A DNA stretch of 64,000 nt from Octopus sinensis (lineage: Eukaryota). Below are positions 28,036 to 42,891 of this stretch, piece after piece (position 1 is the stretch's first letter; each line of letters begins with the position of its first letter). The stretch is from assembly GCF_006345805.1 (NCBI RefSeq), contig NC_043008.1:43834001-43898000 (forward strand). The letters are read 5' to 3'. A program made the translations under genes and the position numbers. The notes under the pieces were generated by a model that did not search any database, was not told the DNA's origin, and worked only from the letters and a program-made list of their open reading frames with translations.

Positions 28036-28348
28036 TGGCTCAGTGGTTAGAGCGTCGAGTTGTGAGCTCGAATCCCGGACCGGGCTGCGTGTTGTGTTCT
28101 TGAGCAAAGCACTTTATTTCACGTTGCTCCAGTTCACTCAGCTGTAGAAATGAGTTGCGACGTCACTGGTGCCAAGCTGTATCGACCTTTGTCTTTCCCT
28201 TGGATAACACTGGTGGCGTGGAGAGGGGAGGCTGGTATGCATGGGCGACTGCTGGTCTTCCATAAACAACCTTGCCCGGACTTGTGTCTCGGAGGGTAAC
28301 TTTCTAGGTGCAATCCCATGGTCATTCATGACCGAAGGGGGTCTTATC

Positions 28349-28353
<5 letters not shown>
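28036..28353 (+). mobile_element. tRNA-headed SINE family D (tail type 2) within (TA)n
   Basis: tggctcagtggttagagcg (A box), ctcgaatcccggaccggg (B box), core shared with the 23135 copy, different 3' part. Confidence 0.82.
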
Positions 28354-28399
<46 letters not shown>

Positions 28400-28402
<3 letters not shown>

Positions 28403-29110
28403 CACATTTATTTATTTTCTTTATGGAATGTTTTACAGAATTGTACAGTTCCAGTAATGTCTTGGATCTTTGGTCTTCGAATCAGCTATGCATGTCATTG
28501 TTCATTGATCAGTTTTATTTCAAGATTTCTTACCAAAAGAGAAAGATCTGGTTTCTAACCTAGATCCAAGACTCCTTCACTGGAATTTCAACATCAGCAA
28601 CAGGGTATTTTTGATTGTATGTATGTACCTGTGCAGATTTGTATATTTTGTTTTATGTCTATATTCTCATGCATATAGTTGCATATCTAGACATGCTCGT
28701 ATATATTTAAATGATTAACTTCTGGAAAGTTTTATAGATTTTTACAGTTCCAGTGATGGATTCAATGTGTAGTCTTCGAATTAACTTTCTCCTTTCTGGT
28801 TTTGAGAAGCTTAATTTCTCAAGATCGGTATTTAGGTGGTGTGTTACATATCCCAGGGCCCCAATAATTACAGGTAGAAACCTGGACTTGTAATCTGCAT
28901 AGAGTAACTGCAGATTTCTCACTAGCTCAGCGTAGGTATTCTCTTTTTCACCGATCTTCGGCTTTATACTAACTTCCGCAGGAAATTAGACTTTCACAAC
29001 AGTACACAGTTTCTCTCCTCTATCCCAAATCCTTATATCAGGTCTGTTGTTCTTACATTTTATTGAGCTCTTCACTGGGATTTCACCAGTACTCCATTTT
29101 ATTATGGCAT
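28400..29110 (-). mobile_element. R4/Dong-like RLE non-LTR retrotransposon 3' portion, plus a second diverged 3' tip at 28400-28500
   Basis: Minus strand: CKNNRPDIRIWDRE...KIGEKENTYAELVRNLQLLYADYKSRFLPVIIGALG...SITGTVKI (RLE 'RPD...K..Y..L...PVIIGALG'). Confidence 0.85.
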
Positions 29111-29127
29111 TCGCTATGATAGATCAC

Positions 29128-29300
29128 TAGCCACAATACCTTTCTCTGTTTTTTCTCCCTGTTTATTTATGTGTTCCTTTCTGTTGAAGAGCGTAGGCTC
29201 GAAACGTAAAAGACTTTCTCACTTCCCGAGCGTTAAGCTAATACATCTGTTTGTTGTTTACACACCCATTTTCGTCTTTTTGGGGAACATTTCTCAATAT
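29128..29300 (+). mobile_element. short hammerhead-bearing element family H2
   Basis: cttt-CTGTTGA-a-gagc-gtag-gctc-GAAA-cg-TA-aaag at 29177-29212. Downstream cc.gagcg...aatac...tttgttgtttacacacc tail shared with 40681-40760 and 55668-55863. Confidence 0.75.
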
Positions 29301-30596
29301 GTATGTATATATGTATGTGTGTGTATGTATGTGCCTGCGTGTGTGTGTGTGCTTGCGTGTGTGTGAACACGCCCATAATAACATAGTTTCTATGAAAGCT
29401 ACCATAGTCAGAGTAACGTCCAAAATGAACCAGGCCCAACTTGATTCTAGCATTTAGATGATTTAGATCTCATATAGAAGCAGTTGTTGAAGCTGAAGGT
29501 GGCTTTATTGAATAATATTAAGAAGGCTTATTTTTATCCTCTTAGCATTTTTTTTGATAAATAAAGTTATTTTTTTTTATAAACATAAATCTGTCCTCAA
29601 ATATATTACGCACTCTGTAGAACGTGATTTGAGCGAGATTTAGCTACTATTTTTAGTATGGCTTGTAACTGTGTAGATGCTCCTTCGTTGGTGCATATAT
29701 TTTCAACGGTTATCTTCCTCGAAAATTAAATGATTGTCTCAACAGACTTGCTTTACCGGCGGGTAGAAACCTGCTTTATTACAATGAATTTCTACACGCG
29801 CAACGTAGAAAATGTTTCAACCATTCTTCGTTTCTATCAAATAGACTGTTTTGCAAGTTAAATTAGTTCAATATAATACAATAATTGGATTAGAAACAAA
29901 TCTTTTAACTCCACCCGGCAAGAAAAAATACGAAGCAGCGAAAAAGTTGAAGAATATGCAGTCTGTAGAATGTTAATGATTTACAAGACAGATTTAGCTT
30001 AGAACTGAATGGAGATTATGTGTCTGCGTAATGGACTGATCTGATGTTTGCAAAAGTCTAAAACGGAAATATGTTTTAAGCAATAACCGCGTTGCCTCTG
30101 CTACTGCGTTTGCGCGCGTGTCTGTACGTGTATGTTGCGTGTTTTAGTTTATAGAATTCATATGGCACTTTTTTTCATTTCTTGTGGTGATTTATGACTA
30201 TAAATTGAAAGGGGTTTACATAGAATGGAAAATGATATTGTTCGAGAGCAACTGCCTTTCGGTAACTGCCATGGAGTTGAATAACGAGAAGATCAATAGT
30301 GTTATTAGAGCATTTCAAAATGATTTTCTGATACAAATCGAAATATATTTGGGTAAAAGTGCACAGTTTATGGACAACATTGTTCTTAGAATGATACAGA
30401 GGATTCAACGAGAAAAGAAGAATATAGCTTTAGGAAAACTGGAAAAAAATTGATAATTTTCAAGGGTTTATTTTGGATTTTATTTAACATGTAAAGAGCG
30501 AACCTGAGAGACGGGATCAGATTAAAATCAGAGGATCAGCGCAACCCACCCTTTATTTGGCTGATCACATCACGCTTGTTGCTAATTTTCGTCGTC

Positions 30597-31161
30597 GTCT
30601 TCTTCTTCTTCTTCTTCTTCTTCTTCTTCTTCTTCTTCTTCTTCTTCTTCTTCTTCTTCTTCTTCTTCTTCTTCTTCTTCTTCTTCTTTTTCCAATCAGG
30701 AATCACGCCATTAGCCACAAGGAATAATCTCTAATTCGAGCCTCCTCTTAGCTACTAAGAATGCGCGTGGCAACTTGAAGATCCACCCACCACACGCGAT
30801 AGACTGGCGATTGCACGGGCGCGAAAGCTACGTTGTTATCCTCATTCCGTAAAAGGTGGCTTTTAACGGGAGGAGAGCTGAACCATCCTGTGATACAGAG
30901 GATTCGCAATCTAGACAAGGGTTTACCACACAATAGTGGGTTACACCATGGTTCCTCTGCTTTGTGGAAGAAGTAGGAAGAAAGAGTGAGAGAAAGTTGT
31001 AGTGAAAGAGTACAGCGGGGTTCACCACCATCCCCCGCCGGAAACTCGTAGCTTAGATGTTTTTGCTCAATAAACACTCAGAATTCTCGGTCAGGGAATC
31101 GAAATCGCGTTCTTACGACCGCGAGTCCGCTGCCCTAACTACTGGGCCATTGCGCCTCCAC
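30597..31161 (-). mobile_element. tRNA-headed SINE with (GAA)n tail
   Basis: Minus-strand head ggaggcgcaatggcccagtagttagggcagcggactcgcggtcg...gatttcgattccctgaccg; ends in (AAG)n at 30597-30690. Confidence 0.8.
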
Positions 31162-31429
31162 TCGCGGTTGTTGTCCTGTCATCCAAATAAGACATTAACA
31201 ACGAATCATATAAAACTTAAGTTTGTAGATCTGTAGTTACAAAACTAAATTCTGTGCAACTAAAGGCCGAAGGGTGCATTCTGATAAAGACGAGGCTAAC
31301 ATTTATGCAGTGCACTGCTTCTCGGTCGGCATACTATGCTCCTGCGCTCTACTCTCCAGACCATTTCTACATCTCATTTGTAAGAATTCTATATACGTAT
31401 ACATATGACCGCGTGTGTATCGTTGGCGA

Positions 31430-31600
31430 TTTGCTTTCTCCGTCTTCCCATCTTTGGACTTTTTCTTTATTTCTGATGAAGAGCTCCGCTCGAAAGGTTA
31501 ATTCCTCCCTCTTTCTTTCTTTTCCTGTGCGTTCAATAACACTATGCATATTCACGTCCTCGCGTTGTTGTTTTTCTTATTCGTGTTTGGATTCACTTAT
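31430..31600 (+). mobile_element. short hammerhead-bearing element (H2-related)
   Basis: ttt-CTGATGA-a-gagc-tcc-gctc-GAAA-gg-TT-aa at 31470-31501. Flanks resemble 2460-2610 (ctttggacttt, ctcgcgttgtt). Confidence 0.7.
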
Positions 31601-31629
31601 ACACATACACACGTACACAAACCACAACC

Positions 31630-31707
<78 letters not shown>

Positions 31708-31851
31708 GGTGTGTGTATACATACATAAACATACATATACATACATATATATACATACATATACATATATACATACACATACGCGCCCACACATACGAAC
31801 ACAAACATCTATATATATGTCTATATATATATATGTCTATATATATATATG

Positions 31852-31892
<41 letters not shown>

Positions 31893-32242
31893 TATACAGA
31901 GAGAGGGGGAGAGACGGGAGAGAGAAGTTGCAAATGATGACAAATAACTAATTAAATACACAACGTTAAGATGAAGGAAATCGATAATCAGATTAACAGA
32001 TTAACATCGCCAGTAAGATTATGTATTTATGTACACACTGGAATATGATTTCTAATTTGAGCACAAGGCCAGCAATATTCAGACGAAGATTTGAATCGAC
32101 TGCATTCGTCATATTACATGTTCGGAAATTTTATTTCATCGCTCCTAGAAGTATGAAAGGCAATGTTAGCCTCAGCGAATTCAAGAACTCAAAATGAATA
32201 GCGTAAGAAAATCTCAGAGAATTTGTTGCTGAAGGATCCTGC

Positions 32243-32464
32243 TACTCTTTTACTCTTACTTGTTTCAGTCATTTGATTGTAGCCATGCTGAAGCACCGCC
32301 TTTAGTCGAGAAAATCGACCTCAGGACTTATACTTTGTAAGCCTAGTACTTATTCTATTGGTCTCTTTTGCAGAACCGCTAATTTACGGGGATGTAAACA
32401 CACCAGCATCGGTTGTCAAGCGATGTTGGAGAGACAAACGCAGACACACAAACATATATATACC

Positions 32465-32544
<80 letters not shown>

Positions 32545-32599
32545 CACACACACATATGCATATATATATAAATATATATATAGATGGATTGATAGATAT

Positions 32600-32674
<75 letters not shown>

Positions 32675-32832
32675 CGACGGGCTTCTTTCAGTTTCCGTCT
32701 ACCAAATCCACTCAGAAGGCTTTGGTCGGCCCGACGCTATAGTAGAAAACACCTGCCCAAGGTGCCACGCAGTGGGACTGAACCCGGAACCATGTGGTTC
32801 GTAAGCAAGCTACTTACCACACAGCCACTCCT
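32243..32832 (-). mobile_element. SINE family A with internal tract expanded to (AC)n+(GATA)n
   Basis: Both halves of the consensus flank 32455-32673. Confidence 0.92.
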
Positions 32833-33539
32833 ACGCTATGTTAAATGTTCAGGAGTGAATGTCCATCGTTCGGCGACGAAGATTCTTTTATACGATCCAA
32901 TGAATTCCCTTATCCTGAGTAAAGGGGCCAGCCGTTGCGGTTACGCAATTCTCTGCCTCAATCAGTTTGACATTCTATGCCAAGGGTTTACGCTTCGAAT
33001 TACGAGAACAATCAACCTAACCGGCTTCCTTACCGTTTTCTTCTACCACGCAGGTTTCGAGTCAACATTTTAGAAAATGGCACTCTCGAAAGATACAATG
33101 CAGTAGGATCGAACTTGTGAAATCGTGAGGGCAATGTGAATTTGTAAAACATTCGGTTATATGGACCGAATACAGCGCAATGACGATGGTGTCCGCATAT
33201 CCATAGCGACTTATGAACGGAAACCACGAGGTAAATTCTATAAAATTCACAAAAAGGACACGTGTACGCGGGCACACACACACACACACACACACACTAT
33301 CACATACACAGACACACAAACACGCGCTCATATATACACAGGCAAACGTACAGAAGATGTCTCCCGCTACATGACAAAGAGACAGATGCAGGCTTACTGC
33401 AACTAAATACACAAACCAAGAACATAACAATAGACACATTATCACAATCCATACAAACAGGGGCATACCAATGTATGTATGTATGTATGTATGTATGTAT
33501 GCATATATATATTTATATACACACAAACACACACACACT

Positions 33540-33600
<61 letters not shown>

Positions 33601-33603
<3 letters not shown>

Positions 33604-33938
33604 CCGTGCCATCCGTCCACAACAAAAATCAAAATCGCATCACATAACGACAATACGGCACAATTATTTCACCTCAATTGCACCCGCTCTCTTCAACATT
33701 ACACCAGGACACGTCAAAGCAGAAACTGACCACACAAAATTCAAGAAGTCTTTGGACAAATTCCTTTAAACAGTCTCGGACAAACCACCCACATCCGGAT
33801 ATGTCACCGCAAACAATAACTCTCTGCTCGAATGGGCCTTGGTGCCCAAATCCTGAATTGAAAGAATTCGCCAGGTGGTGCTGTTAAGTCAGACATGGCG
33901 TGGGCCAATACTGGCCTTTCTAAGTTATTCTAAGTTAT
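33601..33938 (+). mobile_element. CR1-group LINE 3' end
   Basis: PRAIRP...RHNYFTSIAPALFNITP...KFKKSLDKFL*TVSDKPPTSGY...NNSLLEW, a short 3' UTR and tandem tail ttctaagtta x2, within (TA)n. Confidence 0.8.
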
Positions 33939-34182
33939 ATATATATATATACATACATATATATATATGCACACACACACTCATGCACAAGCGTACACTA
34001 ACATTAAACCCACATCAACGTCATCGTCACCATCCTCTTCTTTCTCCTCCTCACCACCACCACCACCATCATCATCATAAGCGTACTCGCCGTTAATCTT
34101 CATCATAACCATATCACCTTCATCACTATTAATATAACCTCAATATATGTATATATACATACACACACATATGTGTAAATAT

Positions 34183-34413
34183 TTTTCTTTACTACCCACA
34201 AGGGCCTAAACACAGAGGGGACACACAAGGACAGACAAACGGATTAAGTCGATTATATCGACCCCAGAGCGTAACTGGTTCATAATTTATCGACCCCGAA
34301 ATGCTAAAAGGCAAAGTCGACCTCGGCGGAATTTGAACTCGGAACGTAACGACAGACGAAATACGGCTAAGCATTTCGCCCAGCGTACTAACGTTTCTGC
34401 CAGCTCGCCGCCT
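34183..34413 (-). mobile_element. SINE family B monomer
   Basis: Reverse complement of 12997-13227. Confidence 0.92.
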
Positions 34414-34778
34414 CACACACACATATGTATACTCATACATACACGCACGCACATACGGACACATGCAAACACACCCATTTGCTGTAGACAGCAAATACGA
34501 AGTGACGGTGAAATGATTCAATAGGTTGCAGATGTGTGACAAAAGAAGACATCGACAAATTAATTAATAAACAAGTTAACTAACCACGTCCAACGTGCGA
34601 TTCTTTAATAACCAAGCAAAGCTCACAAACTAAAGCATTATACGTTTCATCACACGTTTTTCCATCAAGAACCATGGAGAAAAAATAAAATATATAAATA
34701 AATAACATAAAAACACACGCGCACATATGGAAATATTACTCATGGACACAACCACAATATATATAGCAATATATATAT

Positions 34779-34826
<48 letters not shown>

Positions 34827-34832
34827 CTACAG

Positions 34833-34945
<113 letters not shown>

Positions 34946-35112
34946 TATATATACATATATATTACATATATACATATACTTCTATACTTACATACATTAT
35001 ATATATATATATATATACTTACATATAATACATGCACGTATATATCTGAGAAGTTTACATGAATTCAACCAGTGTATATATGTATGTGTATAAATAAATA
35101 AATATATATATA

Positions 35113-35188
<76 letters not shown>

Positions 35189-35502
35189 AATATATATATA
35201 TATAGATATATAGATATAGATATAGATATATATGTGCGTTTGTGTGTGTTATATGTAGACGGCTGTCTGTGATTGAGAATACGCTGTAAATAATAATATA
35301 TAAAACGGTCGACAGCTGTTTATTATTCATAACTTTATTTTCTGCAGCATTTAACGTGAATTATAACAAGATTACTGCCTGTTACCATATTACTAAATCT
35401 TCTGAGACGCTCTCTGTCTCTATCACCCTCCCCAACTCTCTCTCTCTCTCTCTTGATATATATCCATACCAACATATTTATATAAATATATATACGTTAT
35501 GT

Positions 35503-35549
<47 letters not shown>

Positions 35550-35809
35550 CATGATAATGTTCATATCCTTTTAGTTTTACAATAACGTCTCTCTAATGTG
35601 AAAACATAAGTAAAAATGGTGGCAGGAGTGGTGGCCATGGCGGGTCGGGAAATCAAAACATGATGAGAATTAATTGAGCGTGAGTTAGAATTCTTCTCAA
35701 AAGGAGATACGTTTCAACTATCATTTTTTATTTGTTGTGCGGTTTGCCTTTTTTTTTCCAATATGGGAAATCATAGCTCACTATTGTCATAGAAAGCGTC
35801 CAGTAATAT

Positions 35810-35983
35810 TAACAACAACAACAGCAACAACAACAACAACAATAATAATAATAATAATATAATAATAATTATCACACCGATAATAAAAACAATAATAATA
35901 GCGAAAATAATAATAATTATAATAATATTATTTTTATGCTTTTATCGTTAGTAAACATAATAATAACGATTATTATTATTTTA

Positions 35984-36034
<51 letters not shown>

Positions 36035-36069
36035 TATTATCATTCTTCTTCTTCTTCTTCTTCTTCTTC

Positions 36070-36115
<46 letters not shown>

Positions 36116-36175
36116 CATTATATTATTATTATTCTTATTATTATTATTATTATATTATTATTATTATTATTTTTA
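35810..36175. repeat. (CAA)/(TAA)/(TAT)/(TCT) trinucleotide repeats
   Basis: Direct inspection. Confidence 0.95.
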
Positions 36176-39022
36176 TATCATTGCTCTACTGAATATTTGG
36201 TGTTGTTGTTGTTTGTGTTAGTGTATGTATCATTAATTCTGGAGATGTAATTGCTGTTTTGGTCCAAGTTGTAATATTTCTATAAATATTTCAATTATTA
36301 CCACAGACAGTTATAAAATTCTACGAATAATGATGAGACCAAATTGTCAATTGGCTTCTGTCTATCGGATTCTCCGTGTCTCATTCTCCCTCTTTCTTTG
36401 TTACTCTCTTCCTCTCTATATATACTTATATACATATACACATATATGTATGCATATATTTATATATTTATATATGTATATATGTATGTATATGTGTGTA
36501 TGTGTGTGCGTGTGCACGTAGCCATGTGTATGTTTGTAAGTACGAGTATGTATATATGCATATATACGTACGTACATACGTACCTACATTCATAAATCGT
36601 TTTGCATTATGTTGCAAAACAATATATATATATATATATAATATATATATATAATATATATATATATATGCATACAATACATACATACATACATACATAC
36701 AGGAATATATATACAATATACTTATAATTGAATGCCTTCAAACAAATTGATATGAGTCGAAAGCGCCATGTAGATCCTGATCAAACATCACAATGATGAC
36801 AGGCGCTCCAGCCATGGCTGTGCCTATATTTATCTTTCGATATAATTTATCTACAAATATATTATGCAATGCGGAATCCTATATCCAGTGGAAATATTTT
36901 GAACAACTAAAATTATCGTAGCAGTTAGTAGACGAACGCTTTCTCTTTTCAGGAAGATATTTAGGGTCTGAAAGATTTTAGTTAAGAGAGATAACCCCAA
37001 CAAAATCAGTTGATTGGAATTTTGGGGCCATATAGTCAATGCTGATTAGATTGAGTCTGGTGTTTATAGTTAAGACTAACATTAATTTTCCACTTATCAC
37101 AATGAAGAGAATTCGGTAAAGATCAAACGACTTTTATTGATTTGACATGAAGACAAATCAATATTTATTTACGTGCGACAAATGAGTGGATTCAACTGTA
37201 AAGCCATAGCTTAAATGCTTGTGGTATTTACTTCCGCGCATTTAGGTTCTGAGTTCAAATCTCACATGCATCAATGAATAACAAGTACTGCATTGTGATT
37301 GGCATATCCTTACCATCTTTGGGTTTAAATAACAGATCCGAACACATCTAATATATATGATATAACATAACAAATTCCATGCCCAGTGTGCAGGAGAGAT
37401 ACACTTGAAGATACTTTAACTCAGCACCGTCCATTAATTTAGTACTTATTAATTAATGACACGTTAATATATATTGTAAAATCCGTAAAATATGATACCA
37501 TCTGTTTCTGTATTGTTTCTGTACTTCACAAAGATTTTTGTCTTATTTAAATTTTAGTTCACATTACTTTGTATTCATTAACTTGATCTTATTCATTTTT
37601 ACCTTCACTCACTCTCCTTCACAATTCCCACAAATCAACCACATCCTTCATTCTTACCATTCTATCTATCACGTCCTAAACCTCAACGCCAGTGTTTATT
37701 TATTCCCGTCACTTCTCTAATATTCCCTACACAACAATTTGTTTGTACCAAGTGATTTCAATATTTGAGGAGATAAACATCGCCTGTTTAAGTGTAAAAT
37801 ACTCTGAACTCTTAAATATCAAATACCAGCTATACTTATCCTTTCGTTACCCAACAACAAGTTTTATAAGCTACTGTTAAGGAAATCTATATATAATTGC
37901 TACATCCCCTAGAAATACGAAACACATCTCTTCAACGAACAACTACCTTTAATGAGGCATGAGTCGAGAATATGTGGTCCTAGAAGAAAGAGACGGGATG
38001 GTCAAAACAGCTGGAAATCTACTGATGATGAGTATGTACAATGTGGATTGATCTATGGGTTACATAACAGCATTATATAAAAGCTACACTGAGTCGGGAA
38101 AACGATTATGTATAATTCGATAAAATAGAGATAAAAAGTTGAAGCCTTAAACATAAATTATATAATTTAAACTGTCCATGAGTGTGTATATATATATATA
38201 TATATATATATGTAATCGAAATATTGGATTAATAATAATTTTATTCTGTGCATAACATGTAGCTAAGTTGGGCACAGTAGCACAATTTGTAATAGAGGTG
38301 GTGGGGTTTGATGGGCGGTAGGGTAAGTATGTTGGTTACAGTTGAAATGATGGTGGAGATGGTGGTGGTTGACGGCGAGGTGTTGGGGTGGGCAGAGAGA
38401 AGTAGACGACTATATCGATCTAAGTAACTGATTGGTAGTTATTTTATCGACCATACAAGGAAGATAGAGAGGGGAAGTTGAGACCAGCAGCATTTTAAAG
38501 TCAGACGTAAAGGGTTACTTTAAATAAACAATACGATCCTTCGTCGGTGTCGACGATCGGCCTTCACATGTTAGAGTTACTGAATTTTTATTTGTGGAAT
38601 TAATACTTAAGCAACTGAGACACAATTGCAACTTCAAAGTAATTGTTACGCAGAATCGGTGCGACACAATATAACAAGGCTAGCCAATTAGACTACTCAT
38701 AGAATAAACACACACTCATATACGACAACACGAACACACACACATGCGTATATATATATATATATATACACACATACATACAACTATAAATTTGCATGTA
38801 TACACATATAGAAATACACACACACACACATACACACACACATACACATATATATACATACATTTATATGACATGATATGACAAGTTCAGAAAGTTATTT
38901 CTGGAAACATGGAATAAAGAACTAAAAAGAAAGACTGCACATACATACATATACAATTGCACACACACACACAACACACACACACACACACATATACGTA
39001 TATATAATACACTCACACACAT

Positions 39023-39036
39023 ATCTATCTATCTAA

Positions 39037-39109
<73 letters not shown>

Positions 39110-39130
39110 CATCTATCTGTCTATCTATCC

Positions 39131-39225
<95 letters not shown>
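39023..39225. repeat. (TATC)n microsatellite
   Basis: Direct inspection. Confidence 0.97.
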
Positions 39226-39226
<1 letters not shown>

Positions 39227-40269
39227 AGCTATGTATATGTATATGTCTAATATATATATATATATATCATATATATATATATATTTTTAGAGATATATAT
39301 AAATGATAATTACAGTGAGAAGAGAGAATAGATAGAGAGCACGATATGGTGATAGAGGGAGATTGATAGAAGAGAGAAAAGCGAGAACTAGAAATGAGAG
39401 AGATGAGAGAAAAAGAGGATGGATATAAGTATTGTCTATCTCCATCCACCACTTACTGATAGTTAATTTGTTTAATCGCAAAGAATGAAACGTAAAGCTG
39501 ATCCCGATGGCATTTAATTAGAGAAGGTGGACAGCTGAGACCGAGAGCATTGAATTCTATTCAATCCTCTCGCAATTCTCCGAATTCGCCTCTTTTTATT
39601 ACCAATCTTTGTACGACTGGTTCCGCCTGTGATCTTTTTTAATCCTTCCTCTCCCCAACTACTGTATAATGAAATAATTAATAATGTATAGTTTTTAAGT
39701 GTTGCCAAACAAAATTGTAAATCACTCTTTGACCGTCTAGTGTCAGCAAAGATCAATATAGCAACATCGTGAGTGGCGAAGAATTCATATCGTTAATTTT
39801 ATAAGCAAATATCGATCCTATCCTTTTAGAAATTCAACGTCTTCTCCATTTCAAAATTATAAAATACAACCAAAACTTCAAATATTGATAAACTACTAAA
39901 TCAGTATTAATTATTCCGGCAGTAAAAATATATGTGGCTCGTTAAATATCTTAAATCGAATTAGGGTTGAATAGAGCATAAAATGACTTCAGTCTCTGAG
40001 CTTATTTATTTAGCATTCGCTTCTTAAAAAGAAATTATTTTTGTCAATCAACACTTAAATATTCTAGATAATATATAATTAGCATTTACACCCTGCTTCC
40101 GTTTTGTGTGTATTTTTTACAATGAGTTTTGTAAATATAACAACGCCATTTTCTCTCTTTTGTAATGTAAATATGCATTTTTCAAAAAAAATTAAAATAA
40201 CAATATATAAAATTCTCTTACTATTACATACGAATTTTTAAACATCGCTTTAATCATTATATTTGTTAA

Positions 40270-40285
40270 TCTATCTATCTGTCTC

Positions 40286-40357
<72 letters not shown>

Positions 40358-40374
40358 CCTACCTACCTACCTAC

Positions 40375-40429
<55 letters not shown>

Positions 40430-40458
40430 CCTACCTACCTATCTATCTATCTATCTAC

Positions 40459-40510
<52 letters not shown>

Positions 40511-40565
40511 CTCTCTACCTACCTACCTCCCTACCTACCTACCTACCTGCCTACCTACCTATCTA
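40270..40565. repeat. (TATC)n/(TACC)n microsatellite
   Basis: Direct inspection. Confidence 0.97.
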
Positions 40566-40644
40566 ACTGTCTGTATCCATATGTATATACATATGCATGT
40601 GTGTGTACACGCAAATATAATTTTCTATATATCTATCTATATCT

Positions 40645-40684
<40 letters not shown>

Positions 40685-40855
40685 TTCCAGAGCGTTAAAC
40701 TATTACATGTTTGTTGTTTACACACCCGTCTTCGTATTTTTTTTTGTAAATTCTCGCTGTATATATATATATGTATGTATGTATGTATATATAATATATA
40801 TATATATATGTATATATATAAATATATTACATTTACATACGTACATACATACATA

Positions 40856-40902
<47 letters not shown>

Positions 40903-41734
40903 ATATATACGTGTGTGTGTTCTATTATTTCAAATATATATAGGAGAAAAACTTTTTTGTTGAACAAATGTAGATTTGTTTTTTCTTCTTTCTCATATAT
41001 CATCCCTCTTTTCATTTCAACAGGTTTTATAGCTTCTGTGTCCAGCTTGCTGAAACAAAAATTCATGGCAAACTAAACATCGTATTTTAGCTGCCATACA
41101 CGACAAAAGAACATTGATTTCTCTGATATTGTTCCCGATGGCAAAATAATGAATAGACTTTAAACTTATCATAATTTCTTTGAGCATATAAAATGTTTTG
41201 ACTGTTTATTTAGCGTTGAGAGTTACAAAACAAAGCATAACTTATTTTCAGTCAATGCGGTAACATTGTGTGAATAGGAATTTTAAAAGATTGAAAAAAT
41301 AGATTCCTAAAAAGTAAATTGTTTGTTTTTATATTTATGGGCCGATTTCTTTCTTTCTTTATCTATTTATAAACTGTGATAATCATTTATTCCAAATGAA
41401 GATTATATTCGTCAGTAAATTAGTGAATGTCGAATTAATTTCACAGCAAACAAACCGGTTCGGTATTTAGTGTGAAGGTTTAAACGACTTCAATTGTAGT
41501 AAAAACAAAAAGAAAAATATGGAAGAATTCCATTTGATCAGGAAGTTAACGAGGAATATCATAATAAGTAATGGATGTCTATGAAGTTAAAGTTCCTCAC
41601 TTCGCTACTACGTGGCTACGTGTTCAATTCCATCGGACTGTCTTCTGCTATAGCTTTGCGTCAACCAAAGATTTATGAAGATTCATGGCTTTTCATTAGG
41701 TGGGTGGAAAGTGTATGAAAGTCTATTATATATT

Positions 41735-41964
41735 TCATTTTTGCCCACAAGGGGATAAACATAGAGGAGACAAACAAGGACAGACAAAAGGATTAAGTCG
41801 ATTACATCGACCCCAGTGCGTAACTGGTACTTAATTTATCGACCCCGAAGGGATGAAAGGCAAAGTAAGCCTCGGCGGAATTTAAACTCAGAACGTAGCG
41901 GCAGACGAAATACCGCTGAGCATTACGCCCGGCGTGCTAACGTTTCTGCCAGCTCACCGCCTTT
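41735..41964 (-). mobile_element. SINE family B monomer
   Basis: Reverse complement of the family B consensus. Confidence 0.92.
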
Positions 41965-42891
41965 CGTGTGTTGCTGTGTCCATGTCTTTACCCACAAGAC
42001 CATTAAGACAACAGTATATTTCGATGAGGTTTCTGTTCTAAGATAATGTTTGTTTTTTTCTCCATTCAGAAAATGACTGAAAGTGTCATAGAAACTAATG
42101 ATTAAAGAAAGAATAAGCAAAATCGGATGGCAATGGTTCGAACACTATCCTCAAGCTCCATCAATATTCATTTTTATTTTTCCTGATCTACTTTAGTAAA
42201 TTAAACTAGACTCCAAAAAAACAGAATGCACTCAGCATTTTTATCATGGGTTGGTAACCATATAAACCTCGAACTCACTTCCATCAAAGTTAATGCAGAG
42301 TTTGGTAATTATAGATTGTTATTGCTTACAGCTTCTATGGACGCCTGTGTTGTTCAATACGAAGTGCCATGGACATGAAAGCAGCGTCAATAAATTGCCG
42401 GTTGCTACACAAATGAAACCCTATCCTCTAAACCACTGCAATTCTAAACAGCAGAGTCATTACGATAAAACAAGATTTTGTCGATTTCTCTGTTACAATT
42501 GCTCAAATGTCCCGCTAATTGTTAATTACAGCTTTAATTATCATCTATGGTAAAATTAACATTTGACATTTGCCATTAACAAAGTAAATTTTGCAATTAA
42601 ATAATTCACTGAAGAATAAATGCCCATAGATGTCTGTGTGTTGTGTGTTTGTGTAGGTGTGTGTAAGAGATAAAAAAAAGGTATATGTTTAACTAAACAA
42701 GTATAATTCAGTAACGGAATACAATTAAAGTTCGATCGAAACAAAATTATTCAGATATAACTGGTTTCAACAATAATTATCAATAATTACTATAGATGTA
42801 TTTATCACCTAAATGACCCATAGTGATGTTCTCTTGAAATTAATTGATACTGGCATGATGAAATACGTTTAATTTTCTGTTTCTAAATCAG

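Noticed and set aside
31075-31161. tRNA gene on the minus strand (also the heads at 10138, 23135 and 28036)
   Set aside because: A and B boxes are present, but there is no complete cloverleaf and each continues into a SINE body.
32835-33250. Possible RTE LINE C-terminal relic
   Set aside because: Only vague resemblance; no diagnostic motif.
39800-40262. Possible Penelope GIY-YIG endonuclease relic (FKHRFNHY)
   Set aside because: A single short motif in AT-rich sequence with no supporting frame.
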